Shown here piece by piece: positions 1 to 13,922 of a stretch of 64,000 nucleotides of DNA (positions within the stretch are counted from its first letter, which is position 1; the number at the start of each line of letters is the position of its first letter). The notes below the pieces were generated by a model. The model ran no database searches. It was not told the origin of the DNA and saw only the letters and a program-made list of their open reading frames with translations. This DNA is from Guillardia theta CCMP2712 (lineage: Eukaryota; Protista; Cryptophyta), in the NCBI RefSeq assembly GCF_000315625.1, contig NW_005434656.1, positions 104,164 through 168,163 of the forward strand. Reading direction: 5' to 3'. The position numbers and the translations under genes were made by a program.

Positions 1-210
1 GTTTGAACGCGGTCTTGCTCAACAACCCGTTCGGCAAGGCTGCTGACGGAGTTCAGACCGTGGTTCACGTTCCTTAGCCTCTTGCTTGCAAGTATGTTCA
101 CATTCACAAGTTTTACGTTCTTTGATGCCAGGGATGCGGGCGGAAGGGCGATGAACCCTGCGACGGGGACATCGATGAAGAGTAGAAGAAGGCTGATGAC
201 GTGGGCATGA
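1..210 (+). CDS. 3' end of an unidentified gene running in from the window edge
   Basis: Coding-like segments separated by a short intron-like stretch ending 'tgccag' at ~131; candidate stops at ~184-210. No recognisable domain. Confidence 0.3.
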
Positions 211-1257
211 AGAGTCGATAGTTTGCGCAGCATCAAACGTTTATATCTGTACCTGATAGTCAGCAGCCGAACGATGCAGCAAGCATGTAATCTTGTCCCT
301 ACAGTCTCCTTGTAGTCATTCTCGCTGTATCTTCCCACTAATCTTTCATCGTCCCACTGTGGCCTTCTGACTAGTTTTGCACGTGTCAATAGGAAAATCC
401 GATCTACTCGTTTTCATTCCACATTCGGTCTACTGTGCATACTTCTCTGCCTACATTACAAAGTTATTCCCTATCTTCAAGGCTTCACTTCTTCTGAGTC
501 GAATTTTATCTTCTAGCTGTGAACAAGACTTCTTTTCTCTCATTTTGTCTCATCGATTGCTCCTTCTAAATCTTCATGCTTGCTTCTTCTATCATCTTTC
601 TCTTCTTCTTTCAACTCTTTCATTTGAAATCTCCTGGGCCTCCTTTCTGCTATCTCCTTCTGCTCCTCCCTCGTCCTCTTGTCATGGTTTTCTACATTTT
701 TTGCGCGCTAGATATAAAGGGGCCAAAAAAGAAAATACCCCCTGAGATCCCTCGACCCCTCTCATATGGACCCCTTTCTTTGTAGCAAAATTGCTTCATA
801 ATTCCATGGGTGGGTGTTCACTTGTGGGGTGGGTGGTAAGGAAGGGACCTTGTGATGTGTAAAAGGAAGGATGAACTAAAAAAAACATTTGGATCATTTG
901 AATTCAATTTCAATATGATTTTCGTGTTATCTTCAACATAGACAAAAATATTCAAATTTGAGTGAGAAACTTTGATTTCTTTGGAACCGCAAGAGAGCAG
1001 TGAAAATGCTGAGAAAGCAGTAGAGCAGGAGGAGCGGGAGGAGCGGGAGGAAAAGGAGGAGGATCGATATCCAAAATTTCCGTCTTGGAGTTGAAAATGA
1101 AATGAATGGACATGTTTAGAATTGTTCACGTTCATAAAGTTTGAGAAAATCCAAGGGTTGAGAGCATGAGAAAAAGCAAAAGAGAGTCGAAGATGAAAGG
1201 ATTAGCGTTTGGTCGTTTTCTTCTCAAAGACTAACTCGTCTGGTCTGCTTAGACAGC

Positions 1258-2841
1258 ATGCCCAAGTTCAGATATGAAGCCGGCGAAGGAGTCTTTTACA
1301 AAGTCGATGACTTTTCCGGCGATGCGGATATCTTCTTTCTGACGTGATCAAATTTGCTAAGATGACTTTTATTATTAACCCTGATTGCAGGCATATCCAC
1401 AACGATCACCTGGGAGGACTTCATGACAGTTGGTGTAGAGGAAGAATTTGCTGCTCGAAGCAAACACTTTCCCTGCTGAAAACTAAGTTCAAAGGCCTAA
1501 GCAGTTCAAATTTCGAGATCGTGGAGATGAATCGATCACACATCATACGCATCAACTCCAAAGTCGCCTTATCCATTGTCGCCATCAACGCCAACCACAC
1601 GCCTGGAAGCGTCATGTTTCATGTATCTGGAGGTTTTGGCAACCGCCTGCACTCGGGGGATTTCAGATACGACCCTAAGATTCACACCACCGAGAACTTC
1701 CCGTGCTTGGGGCGAGTGGACGAACTGTACCTTGACACAACGCTGTTTCATCCCTCCTGGTCTTTTTCTCTGACCAAGGAGCAATCGTGTGAAATCATCG
1801 TGAACATCATCAGGGACTTTGGATTGGATCGGGAGATACACCTGGTCCTGGATTACTTCGGCCAAGAAAGTATTATCAAAGCGATCTACAAGGCATTTGA
1901 GGAAAAGATCTTCTTGAACCTTGATGCCAATCTCAATGCTCAGACTCGACATGTGTGGACAGCATGGTCGCGGTCCAGTCACCTGAAGCACGCTTTAACC
2001 ACAAGCAAGGATTGCTCTACTAGATTTCATGCCTGCTCGACTCGTCGGCCAAGACCAAACTCCAACCAGGTCACATCGAATGAAGAAGAGAATTGCACAG
2101 TCTATATGGTCAAGAAGACTTTCTGCATGCAGCAAAACCAGAAATTTCCTATCATTATTCGGCCTTCTACGTTAGCTTTTTGCCGTACAGACTGTGAACA
2201 AGAAAATGATGAATTTTTGAAGAATGGCCACATAGTACGTGTATGCTTCGAAGATGGAAGACTGGACCATAATGGTGAGTTCTCTCGAATATCTGACTAC
2301 TTGAATTGTCTGATTTCTCTGTCTAGGAATTTTCAGAGTTTTCTACTCTATGCATGCAACGCATTCGGAGCTGTGCAGCTTCTATGACGTCACGGGGAAA
2401 CCAGCACAAGTGTACCAGGCGATGCCTGGCCAGGCGCCGGAGAGAATAGCGAATGAGAAGCTCGAGGATTCCTTGGAGATGTCAAAGTACTCTCATGGCT
2501 TCAACCCGAGGCTGCGGACAAGCAGCGACGGGACCAACTTTCTTTACGGAGTGATCGATTTTGACAAAGAGAGCGTGAAAAAGATGCTCCAGCGGACCGA
2601 GAATCTTTACCGTGACTGGTTTGCGCGCACCTTCGTGCCCTCGGAGTTGACGTCAGTTGCCAAGGACCAGGCGCCAAGCAAGAAAGGAGCAGCAGCTGGA
2701 GCAAAAGCAATCCCTCATGACGACCCGAGGCCAGTTCGCTTCATTTCCCTCAAGGAGGCAGGCAGGCAGTATGCAAGACTCAAGTACCACGATCTCACCG
2801 AGCTTGATCAGTTCGAGAAGGAAAATGCTGTGAACCGATGA
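1258..2841 (+). CDS. SNM1/Apollo/Artemis-family DNA-repair metallo-beta-lactamase/beta-CASP nuclease (3 exons)
   Basis: Removing intron 1344-1390 joins MPKF...DIFFLT to HIHNDH (HxHxDH). Also ANHTPGS, LHSGDFR, LYLDTT and IIIRPST. A second intron (~2274-2326) leads to VFYSMHATHSEL, the beta-CASP C-terminal His motif. Confidence 0.88.
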
Positions 2842-3107
2842 CCAGTCACTGTTCTGCCACTCACTGTATATAGCCTAATGATTACTTCGAATGTAGATTA
2901 TCTGCTATGTCAATTTTCTTTCATGTTATTGAAACCTCAGTTGCCGCCTGCCCTGTTTCGGTCAAACCATGTCAAGGTTGAAGGAACCACTAGGCCCGTC
3001 AAGTTGTGGCGGCACTGCGGGCCGGGGCGGGCCCCGAGCCGCCCGTCCTGCTCGCGGGCAACACCGCGCCACTAAACAAAATTCACACAGCGAGCCAGAC
3101 AGCGAGC

Positions 3108-5159
3108 ATGGGGGAGGCTGCGGCGGCGCTTGCGGGGAAGCATGCAGGAGGGGACCTGGCAGATGCAGGGCTGGAATGGCTGAGAAGAGAGAGCAGTCGG
3201 ATGGAAGATGAGTTACTGAATGACTTCGAGAAGCTGTCAAGGCTGAGGTCAGCAGGAGCCCTTGATGTTCTTAGCTTGCTGAGTTACCCCAGGATCGAGC
3301 TCAAGAGGACTACACTGCTCAGAGCGCAGCTGGACAAGGCCATCGCTTCTCTGGAGGTGAGATCTTGGTCTTTGATGACCTCTCTGGTTACGAAAGCGCA
3401 TCAGGCACAGGATCAAGCCATCACAAATGAATTGAGTACAAGAGGAACGCCCAATGCTTTCGCGGGTGTACATGCTAGTAAAGCAGATGCCCACAAGTCA
3501 AGTCAAACAACGCCCAACAACGCAGAGCAGAAGAATGACAGCAGCTCCTCCACCGCCAGCACCGAGACAACCAAAGAGACATGCCCTGCTGGCCCATCCA
3601 CCCAGAGAGGCACAGCCGTCACCACTATCCCAGTACCTTCAGTGCAACCAATGGCGGAGAGGACAGACGGATCGTCAGAGAATGACAGGTTAAAGGATAA
3701 CGTATCTACGAGTGATCGAGATGCGGAGAATAAATCTGAAGCTGCAACGGCTGAGGCGTCTACCAGGAACAACATTCTTGGATCTGATCAGCCAAAACCT
3801 CTAGCGAATGACCAGAAATCCGAAACTGCCGCTGGAACAGGAACAAATGACAACAAATCTAACGAGGAAACAAACAGGTATTGTGTGATGAATGTCTTGA
3901 TTGTGAATCCGTTGCTGACATCTTATTGCTTCCCAAGCGAGGTGGTTGCAGAAGTCAAGAATCCAGCTCAACCTCCTGCACATCGGGAGCCCTCGAGCAA
4001 TCAGGACCTGTCGGATATTCCGATTGTGCGGATGTTCTTTAGTTGAAAGACCGACTCTAACTCCTTCTGTCAGATTCTGTTTGCTGCACAACAGACGGGG
4101 GACATCAGTGAGAAAGTTGACGTTCGACCAGTGGACAAATATTTCGAAGCTATGGCAAGTACCATAGCACTTCAATACGCGAATACAAGGCCTAGAAACA
4201 AATTGAAAGTCAAGCCCATTCTGCTGCGGAACCTTCAGAAGAAGTTCGAAGAATTGTGGAAAGATTTAAACTTCAAGACACTTGGGTACCTTCTATCGAC
4301 GAATGAAGAACAGATCATGACGTAACGTGGCAGATTTTCTTCGTTTAAAGAATTCTGTGAAGCAGCGCAGCGGGCTGGCGTCGTGCAGTTTGAAAACGAG
4401 GGCGCAAACCCATTCATCACCCCAGGAAGGTCAATCTCAGAGGACATCTCCGACTCCAGGAAAGAAGTTCTCTGGAAGCCAATCGCTTACGATGCTCGGA
4501 TGCGATTCTCGGCCAAGGCACCTGCGGACACAGACGCTGTACACTTTCAGCTCAAGGTACGTCACGATGCTCTTGATTGCTGTGCTGCCGTGACATTTCT
4601 GACCTCCCGACAGGCGATATCTGAGCTTCCATTTCACGAGGACGTTCAACGACCGAAAAAACCGATGAGGTGAGAAAGAAATCCTGCCCTTGGTCTCCTC
4701 ACCTCGGACAACCCAGGGGGGGCAGCGGGATGCACTTCGTCCTCCCAGCAAGGAACTTGAGGCCTGGAACACACTGGCTGAGGCTGAGGATGGGGATTTC
4801 AGACGCCACTGTCAAGGATCATCGGCGATGGGGAGCATGGAGCGAGCCCTTTGCCATTGCCGTCTCCAGTGATGGGACCATCCAAGAGGTCAAGGGGCGG
4901 CAGGAGCCGGTTGCACCAGCCAAGACGGCTCTGCAGGTCGGGGAAGTAGCTGAGATAAGGCGAGCTGGCGAGAACGGCCCCAGGAAAGCTGCGAGATCTA
5001 CTTCTACGAGGGAGGTGGATGAGCTGAATCTCACAGCGCCGCCGGCGAAGAGGTGGGAGAGAGCTGAAAGTTCCGTTCGCTTCTCACGCTTCTTGATGTC
5101 GCAGGACCCGGTCGCAAGTGAATGCGTCCAAAACGAGCCTGAGCGGCGCCATGAAGTAG
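3108..5159 (+). CDS. Multi-exon uncharacterised protein with a C-terminal fibronectin type III-like domain
   Basis: ATG at 3108, several short GT-AG introns and a low-complexity S/T/N/D linker. Late exons read NLRPGTHWLRLRMG...WGAWSEPFAI, resembling FN3 strands E-G. Stop position approximate. Confidence 0.55.
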
Positions 5160-5832
5160 CTTCTTTTTGTAAATGATCAAACTCCGATGTCGCCACCGTA
5201 TTTTAGCACGGTTTCAGTGTGTCCGCAACTAATCAGAACAGCGCGGCCGGGCCGATGCCGGCCCACCGTCGCGGCACTGCACGGGGTTCGAGCCTCGGAG
5301 TGCACTGCAGGCCACGGCCGGAACTTGACTCCAAGGCGGCCCGGGCCCGGCGGGATCCGATCACTGAACTACGAGGCCGCGGGGGCGGGGAGGCACCACG
5401 GTTTCGCTCAGCTGAAGGGGATGCGATGTTTGTGTAACAGAAAAATTCGGGCGTAACTGACAATGCTGGTTGAGGCGCAGAGGAAGGGTTTAGTGGGGCG
5501 AGCAGGAAGGGGGAGGATGATGGGCAGAGACATGGGCGAAGACGAAGAGAGGAATGTAGAGAGGAAGAGATCGCGAGAGGTAGGCGGAGCATGCAGATCA
5601 GGGCAGGGGCAGGGAAAGAAGAGAGAATCGTCAAAAACAAGGAATGCTGGCGGGGAAAGTCAGCGAGAGAGAAAGAGAGAGATTCTTATGCACAGAGGAA
5701 GCAACCTACAAGGCTGCTGTCTCTCGAGGCAGAGAGACGAGATTGTTGAACATGTTGACATGTGAAATGGATGCGTCGCCACCGCTCCGAAGGTCATCAC
5801 AGTCGGCGTGATTTGACTGGTTTCTTGCTCAG

Positions 5833-7065
5833 ATGGGGAATAATGCTGGCAAGACCGTCAAGTCAGCAGTAGGAAAAGCTCAAACAGTAGTGGAGGGAGG
5901 AATCCACGGCCTCTCGGCCTGCATGTCCAAGGATACGGGAGATATATCCGACATCAAGAAGTAAACATGGATTTCTCCGTGATCTTTCATTTCATGTCTT
6001 GCTATCCCTTGCTCGAGATTTTATGTTTGCCTTTCACGAGCTGACTTGTATCGTGCAGAGAAACTCCTGTCACGATCGGCTTTCACGGCCCTGACATTCA
6101 CTTCGACGACCTGAGGGTTTCCGGCAGCGGCGTTGCGCTCGCGTCAGAGTCAATATCACAGGTTCGTTCACTATGAGCGGAAGAAAGGAACTTCGACTGA
6201 GGGCCATGCAGGATAAAGCATACTTCGAGGTCAAGATCGGTACAGCAAAGGAAATGCCCTCTTGCATACTCTGATGTTGCCGGTAGCGAAAGCGGAAGGC
6301 CGATGGGGTGTCGGCGTTTGTAAGCAGAGCGTTCACTGTGAGTTGATGGGGAAGAGCTGAGAGACCAATGTTTTGTCGCTTCATGACTGTTTTCTCTCCT
6401 CCTTCCCTCCTCTCCTTGTCTTTGCCTGTTCCTCTCCCTCTCTTGCCCGCGAGCTATCACCCTCATCGATCCGATGAACTCGTGCGATGCCTGCTGCTTG
6501 CTTCCTTGCTCACTTGGTTTTCCAGCTTCGGACGAGCTGAACGTGGAAGGAGAAGGATGGTGTCTGAGCTCTGGTACCCTCGTTGCTTCTTGCCACCTGC
6601 TCCTCACATGCTCCTGCTCCTGCTCAGTGCAACTTGAATACGGTGAAGGAGACGTCATCGGAGTCACCTATGACCAGAGCATATTCCCCACTGCTTTGCG
6701 ATTTTACCATAATGGTGAGTCGCGGGCATCGTTAGAGGAAGGAAGATGCGTTTGTCAGAGATGTTTCTTGTTAGCCCCTGAATGTCATGCAGGTGAAGTT
6801 TTAGAGGAGCTAACAATCACTAGCATTCGGGGAGAGGTGACAACAGCTCTCGTCTGCCAGTCTCTATCCCATGAGCAATGTCTTCAGGTCTTCCCGGCGG
6901 TACATGTCACAGACGGCGCAGTGGTGGACTGCGAGTTCGATGGGGAGAACGGGTTTGCGTGAGTTGGCGAGGTGAGGGATGGTCGACTTGTGTTTGAAGC
7001 TCTTCCGCAGTTATCCTCCTCCTGCGGGATTCACTGGGGTTGTGAGCATGAGAAGCGTGATGTAG
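5833..7065 (+). CDS. SPRYD7: SPRY domain-containing protein 7 homolog (many small exons)
   Basis: Spliced segments VSGSGVALASESISQ-DKAYFEVKI, GRWGVGV, EGDVIGVTYDQ, SIRGEVFPAVHVTDGAVVDCEF and YPPPAGF parallel SPRYD7 (NKSYFEFKI, EGDVVGITYD, GIRGTVYPVVYVDDSAILDCQF, PPPGF). Confidence 0.8.
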
Positions 7066-7190
7066 ATCGGAACAAGCATCATGGTTTTCCTTTTCTTCAG
7101 AGGCGATCAGCCTTTTTTGTATTATTTGAATAGCTTTCGGAGAAACACGTTTTCTGGAGTTTGCACAACAGAATAAAACACACAGTCACT

Positions 7191-7640
7191 GGTATCTCGT
7201 CCCCTCCTTCTCCTACCCTCCCTTCTCGTCAGGTATCTCGTCCCCTCCTTCTCCTACCCTCCCTTCTCGTCAGGTGTCTCGTCCCCTCCTTCTCCTACCC
7301 TTCCTTCTCGTCAGGTATCTCGTCCCATCCTTCTCCTACCCTCCCTTCTCGTCAGGTATCTCGTCCCCTCCTTCTCCTACCCTCCCTTCTCGTCAGGTGT
7401 CTCGTCCCCTCCTTCTCCTACCCTCCCTTCTCGTCAGGTATCTCGTCCCCTCCTTCTCCTACCCTTCCTTCTCGTCAGGTATCTCGTCCCCTCCTTCTCC
7501 TACCCTCCCTTCTCGTCAGGTGTCTCGTCCCCTCCTTCTCCTACCCTCCCTTCTCGTCAGGTATCTCGTCCCCTCCTTCTCCTACCCTCCCTTCTCGTCA
7601 GGTATCTCGTCCCCTCCTTCTCCTACCCTCCCTTCTCGTC
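7191..7640. repeat. 41-bp minisatellite, ~11 copies, with a 123-bp higher-order period
   Basis: Unit ggtatctcgtcccctccttctcctaccctcccttctcgtca. Copies at 7273, 7396 and 7519 carry ggtgtc (every third unit). Confidence 0.95.
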
Positions 7641-8144
7641 AACTTGCTCCCTCATACTCGCTCGGTCTGTTTGACTCTCCCTTCCTTTTCCCTTTCTCTC
7701 TTCCTTTTGCGTTTTCCTCCTTTTCCTCCCCAATCTCCTCTCCCTCACTCTTCCTCTCCCTCCCCTCCTTGCCTCCCTTCACCATCCCCTCCCTCCCCTC
7801 CCCCTCTCCATCTCCCTCCCCCTCCCCCTCCCCCTCTCCATCCCCACCTCGTTGCGACTCGAGGCATCGGGGATTTTTCAACGGTTTTTCATTCGTCATG
7901 GGACGGGAAAATTCGTAGCAGCGAGCGGGCAAGGGCGAGGAGGCTGAATGGCAGCAAGGGAGGGATTGGTGATGGGGGAGGACAGTTGGTAGGGAAGAGA
8001 GGGGGGGTAGGAGCAGAGGACAGGAAGGCGGGAACTGGAGGAAGGACTAGAGAAGGGGATAGAGGAGGAGCGATAGGAGAGGATAGAGGAGCGGGGAGCT
8101 AGTCCGAGGATGAGCTAGAGGACGGAGGTAAAGCTGTGCCTAAG

Positions 8145-10329
8145 ATGATGCCGCAGACTTGTGAGAATTTCTCGATGGAGAGTCAAGACGTCACGCTGAG
8201 CTCTGAGGACATGGAGCTCAGCACCAGCGAGGAGGAGGACCCCTCCATTGCGCTCTCGTGCACCCCTGACATGCACTTGCTGGCCCAGAAGGCTGCAGCA
8301 TTGTCTACTCCAAAGAAGAAACTTTCGATGGAGGAAGTTGTTCAGAGGTGCTGGATGTGCTCGCAGCCGATCCCTCCCGTCTCAGACAAGTTTGGCAGGC
8401 TGGGTGTGGAGAGCGTGAGGCTGTACAGGCAGCGCAAGGAGGAGAGACGGGCAGCGGCGAATGAAAACTTCCAGCGCATGACGAGCAGGCAGATTCCGAT
8501 GTCGCCCTACTCACGACAAGTCGTAGCCGAGCGAGAGAAGCTGGGAGAGACCATGTTTGACCGGACTGAGAGGATGATGCAGCGACGTCGGCAGCTGGAG
8601 CAGGTGCGCCATGAGTAGATTGTCGTCTCCCTTACATGATGGTGAAGGCATGCAAGGAGAAGGAAGAGGAAGAGATCAAGAAGTTGCAGAAGCCGCCGCA
8701 GATGTGTCCGCAATCACGGAAGATAGTGAGCAAGATGTCAAGGCTCGGAGTTGACATGATCGATCGATCCAACAAGTTGCTCGAGAAGAGGAGAAATGCG
8801 ATCGAGGTGACAACATCCAGCGTGACGTGTGCCCACCCTGACCGACATTTCGGTGCTGTTTGCAGGAAGGAAGAGGCAGGAAGGACATGGAGCTGCGTGA
8901 GATGCAGAATCGGCAGAAGATCAGCCCTGGTTCAAAGAAGCTGGTAGAAGGATCGACCCGAGCGAGCAAGACTACAAGACCGTCCATAATGTCTCATCGG
9001 TTCATTGTGAGCGCCAATCTCCCACCGCATCCTTTAGCTGCTGAGCTATCTACTACAGAATTCCTCGTTGGATGACTCTCTCAGGAGATCAGCGAGCAGC
9101 AACAGCACGTCAAGTCGGAGAGCTGAAGAGGATCGAAAAAGGAGCAGTCTTCCTGAAGCACAGTCCAAGTATGAACCGTGCTTCCAGTCTAGCTTGTGTA
9201 GAGGGTGTGATATCAGGGGGAAGGGGGTTGACCGCTCTGCAGGGAAGTCAGCATGGCGGCTCAGAGGAGTGTGGAGTTTTTACCTGAGGACATGAAGGAG
9301 TTCGAGAGGTTCTTGGAACCTCCCTGTCTTGTCCATGTCAACAGTTGTCCTAGGTTGCAGTGGGAGAACGCGAAGATGAAGTCAAAGATCAAGAAGTACC
9401 GCAAACAGTGAGACAAGAACTCAAAGAGGAGATGGAGCTCACTCGCACGTGCTCCATAGGCTACAAGCGGCGCAGAAGGGAGCGGAGGGGAATACGCCCG
9501 TGCAGCTGCTCATCAGCCATTCGAACATGGTGCAAGAGCACCCGATCTCAAGGAGGACGATCGAGGCGATGGGCGGAGCTCTGATCAAAGAATCGTTTGT
9601 GAGTATCGACCATGCTGCTGTCCTTCTCTCGTTCGCACTCGCCTCGCCCCCCCCCTGCCTTTTCCTCCTCCTCCTCCTCCTCCTCTGCATCCTGTTCTTC
9701 CACCATGCTCCTCCTCCTCTGACTTTGTCGAACTCGCAGAAACTGATGCGGACGGTGATGACGGATGAGGAGCTTGCGTTGAAGCTCAACGAGCTTCTCA
9801 AGGCTCAAGAGTGAGTCGGCCAGCCAATCATGCTGATCTTCTGACGTCTGGACAAGATCTGAAGTCTTCTCGAGCGAGTTCGAGACGAAGGCTATGCAGC
9901 AAGTGGAGGTATGACGACGATGAGGTTGACCCGTCAGTGACATGTCCCAGCCTCTCTTCAACATTTTCTTTCATTGCATCCGCTGCGCATCCAAGCAAGG
10001 AATCAACTTGTAGCTTTGCTGCCCTGGTGCCGCTCTTGTCTGATCGACGTCCATGACAGGGAAACCATGCTGTCCTCGCTCGTCAACTCGTATCCCGAAG
10101 ACGTCTCCTCCCCCATGCTGCTTCTTCTTGCCGCTCACGCTCGTCGCAGGTGTTGGCGAGGTTTGACGAGGAAGGACAGGACTCCAAAGGTTATGATCCT
10201 CGACCTCCCTCCTTTTTAACCCTGACTTCTCAGGATTTTTGCAACAAGAGCTCTCGGACGTCGTTCACGGCATGCAAGTATGACAAACCAGCTCTTGTAG
10301 ACGAATTTACAGACAAACGAACCAAGTGA
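8145..10329 (+). CDS. Multi-exon uncharacterised charged/coiled-coil protein
   Basis: ATG at 8145; consecutive ORF segments joined by short GT-AG introns; E/K/R-rich helices; stop near 10329, convergent with ELP5. Confidence 0.5.
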
Positions 10330-10375
10330 ATATAAGATTGAAACTGATGCAACTCGATAATCGAGTTTGATACTT

Positions 10376-10400
10376 TCAGATATCCAGGTCGTCGTCTGGA

Positions 10401-10444
<44 letters not shown>

Positions 10445-11905
10445 CTGCTGTAGTAGACGTAAGCAACAAGATCACACAGTGTGCAGTGAGACATCTTCAA
10501 GAATCTCCAGGGCATCTTCAACGTCGCCTGCCGTCTTCCCGCGATCTTGCGATGGCCTTGCAAGAGAAATCTCAACTCAACATTGGTACAGACGTTCTCC
10601 GATAAAAGAGAAAGAGATATGAAGATCAATGACAGTAAGATCAAATTCAGAATACCCCTGATTCAGATGCCGTTGGAAGGGGAGCTGTACCGACGCCCTC
10701 TGTGCTTTTTCTCCCTCCGAGAGCTCCAGGTTGAAGGAGAGGCCTGGAGGAGCGACGTGAGCAGGGTTGCGACAGCAGCAAAGTTTCTCACCCAGCGATG
10801 AGATCAGGCTCCCTTGCGAAGACTCATCCTCCTGCACAGACGCGCTAATGCCAAGGAAAGTGAGACCAGGCCCTCTGACTTGCCGCATCCTCCCCCGCAC
10901 CTCTTCTCCCAGTTGTACTCTGTCTCCACCATGAAGGAGGAGGAGTCAACCAGCCTTCTACCAATCAGCGCAGCCTGTCGCAAGCCGCCATGTCAGTCGG
11001 GGGGAGCAGCAGCAGCTCCGCTGACCCTCTGGGAGACCGACGAGTTGTCCCTTATCCTGTTGACAAGCAGGCGGTACAACGCTTGCCCATCTTGTCCGTC
11101 CGGAGCTTGAAGCGCATTCCCTTCAGTGCGCTTCTCGACCTCACTGAGAGCAGGAGACACCTCAGCAAACACATTCAAAACTCCCAGCAGTCTCTCACCT
11201 CACTGTCAAGACAGCGTCCGAGTCCGCAGTGAGGGCCTGTGTGGCCGCCACGTTATCAAGGGACAGGAGGAGGAAGAAAAGGCTGGTGCTACCTTCACAA
11301 GGTCAGGAGGATGGAGATCTGTATACACGACAGCTAACAGAGAGAACTGTGAATTCTATCATCATCCTTCCCATTCACCAGACCTCATATCACACCTTGA
11401 TTCCCTGCCTGATCTTGTTCAACATGTGCACAAAGTCTTGAACGGTTCCCCGTAGGATCATATCACTCGCAGAGTCGATGCAGACTACTATCTTCACTGT
11501 CCCACTCCTTGTCCCCCTTCCCTGCTCGAAGTTGCTGATACTATCGTTGACAGCCTCCCTCACCGTGCGGAAACATTCCTTGGAGTTCAACATGGTCCTG
11601 ACCAGCGGCCATTCTTCGCCACAGCACTTTTGCTGTCCTCGAGGTGGCAATGAACGCCATCCCCGCGGGTCAGAGAAGCAGTCGATGAACGACAAGGACA
11701 CGTCCTTCCCTATCCCCCCGTCCTCAACATACGATGCCATTCTTTCAACGGGTCCTTCCAGCGCAATCATAACGAAATGAAGGGCCTTGTCGCTGCCACT
11801 TGCAGTCTTGGCAATAAGCTGCTGCATCGCCGCCTGTCCACCTCCACTTCCAACTTTGCTCAAGATGTAGCCCCTTCCTCGGATTTCTCCTACTCTTTCC
11901 GCCAT
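10376..11905 (-). CDS. ELP5: Elongator complex subunit 5
   Basis: FIDCFSDPRGW, VVCIDS, LSFNLELSEGEKAQRASVQLPF and the acidic C-terminus ...DEDDPDDDLDI* are all typical ELP5 motifs. Confidence 0.88.
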
Positions 11906-12505
11906 CTTCGAACAACAAGGTATCGTTTTACTTCAGGTCGTGTTGTTTCTGTTCTTGTCTGTCTTCTTCAACTTGGCGATTCACAATATGCACATTCTCA
12001 TCATAATCGTCTCTTCTCTTCTCTTCTCTTCTCTTCTATTTGCCGCTCTTCTCCCCACCATGACCATCACCGCCCCTGGCCCCCTGTGCTGCCTGACATA
12101 GCGATGAAACCACTAGTTAGTTTACCCGGTGTTGCCTAGCCCGGATAAAATCTGAGTTGCCGGCTCCTGTCCTGTATATTTTTCCCCTCTTTTGACCGTT
12201 TGACTCGCAGCCGCCTTGTCAATCATGCAGTGAGAAAGCGCTGCTTCTGATCCTTCCTCCTCTCTCCTCATTCCCTTCCTACGACCTCTGCTCCTCTCTG
12301 CTCCTCTCTGCTCCTCTCTCCTCCTCTCTCCTCTCTGTCTCCTCCTCCCTCCTCCTCCCTCCTCCTCTCTCCTCTCTGTCTCTCCTACTCCCCCTCATCC
12401 TCCCTCATCCTCCCTCCTCTCTGCTCTCTCCTTCCACATCTCTTCTTGTTCCTTCGTCTGTTGATACAGCAAACTCTTCTGCGCGCGTCCGAGTCACCAA
12501 GGCGA

Positions 12506-13886
12506 ATGCAGACGATGATTCGGCATGAAAAATATGAGCCCAAAGTCCTCAAAGGGATCCTAATCAACGGCAACGACCGGGTGCGGACCATCTCCAGCAT
12601 GACCATCCAGGCGGCTGTCAGAAGGTCCCTCTACTCCATGAGGTTCAGAATGTGGCACGACAAGCTGTTCAAGTTGAAAGAGCAGATCAGAGCTGCGCAG
12701 AGCCTCAAGGCGAGCATCCTGACTCCCCAGAAAGGAGACGACAAGAAGAGGATGGTCGAGATCCTCCAGGGTGGTGTGAGGCGGATGAGCTGTATGTCGG
12801 CTCATCATCAGGAGCATGCAGCTGTAGTTCAGCTGCAGGCTGCATGCCGAATGAAGGAGATGAGAATGCAGATAGAGGAAGCATGCGCTGCTGTAGTGCA
12901 GCTGCAGGCCATTGTGAGACGCAGATCATCACACAGATTCGCACAAGGTGTTGGTGGAGAAGAAGAGCGAGTACAAGATCAGCAGTCATGCCTGCAAGTA
13001 GGAATGCATGAGAGACAACATTGTGATGGGCAGCAGGGAAAGAAGCCGGGAGCTGCTGGACCATCGTCGCCAGATGCCGATGTGAAGAAGCCAGAGTTTC
13101 AATTCTGGAATCAACCAGAGAGGTCGAAAGTTTTCATTCAGGCGATCAGGAACGGCGACTTGTCGATCCTTCGCGATGCGCTAGCAAGCGGTACCATCAA
13201 AGTGAACGAGGTGACTTATGCCCGCTCCCCCTCCTCCGAACGTTGACTTCGTCTTTGACTCACTGATGCAGATTTTGGACAAGGACACCGGGGACAGCAT
13301 CCTGCACTTTGCGGCGCAGAGCGATCGAAAAAGCATGGCAGTGATGTTGATCGAAGAGTTTGGCGCTGATCCGATAGCAAGAAACCGCCAAGGGAAGACA
13401 CCTTTCGATGAGGCGATCCGTGGATCCGAAGTGTGGACACTGTTGAGTGCTTTCTCCGATCCGTCGGCATCGAACTCGTTGAGCAGCTCGAAGGCGAACG
13501 ATCTTCAATCTGACAACGAACTGAATCAAGATGGTCTACTGTCAGTGTCTTCAAGTTTGCAACCTCCCTCATCACCGTCATCACTTCAGAGCTCCAAGAA
13601 GAGAGGAGATGCTAAAGGCAGCTCCAAGCTCAGCTCCGAAGGGTCCCGCACGTCCTCTAGGAAGAGCAAAAAAGTGAAAATTTCGAAAGAGCAGACCAGG
13701 ACGGTCAACATCACTCGGATCGCACAAGAAGGAACGAGCGGAAGCGGCAGCGTGGGGTTAGGAATCGGCGTCGTTGTTGATCGTTTCGTCCCGTGTGTCC
13801 GAGTGGAGAGTATACAGGAAGGCGGAGCAGCTTGGAAAAGCGGTGAGGAGGAGGAGGAGGAGGAGGAGGAGGAGGAGGAGGAGGAG

Positions 13887-13922
<36 letters not shown>

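Noticed and set aside
7191-7640. CRISPR array, or the ORFs 7161-8102 and 7274-7918
   Set aside because: The repeats are contiguous with no unique spacers and no cas genes, in a eukaryotic context. The ORFs are stop-free by-products of the repeat.
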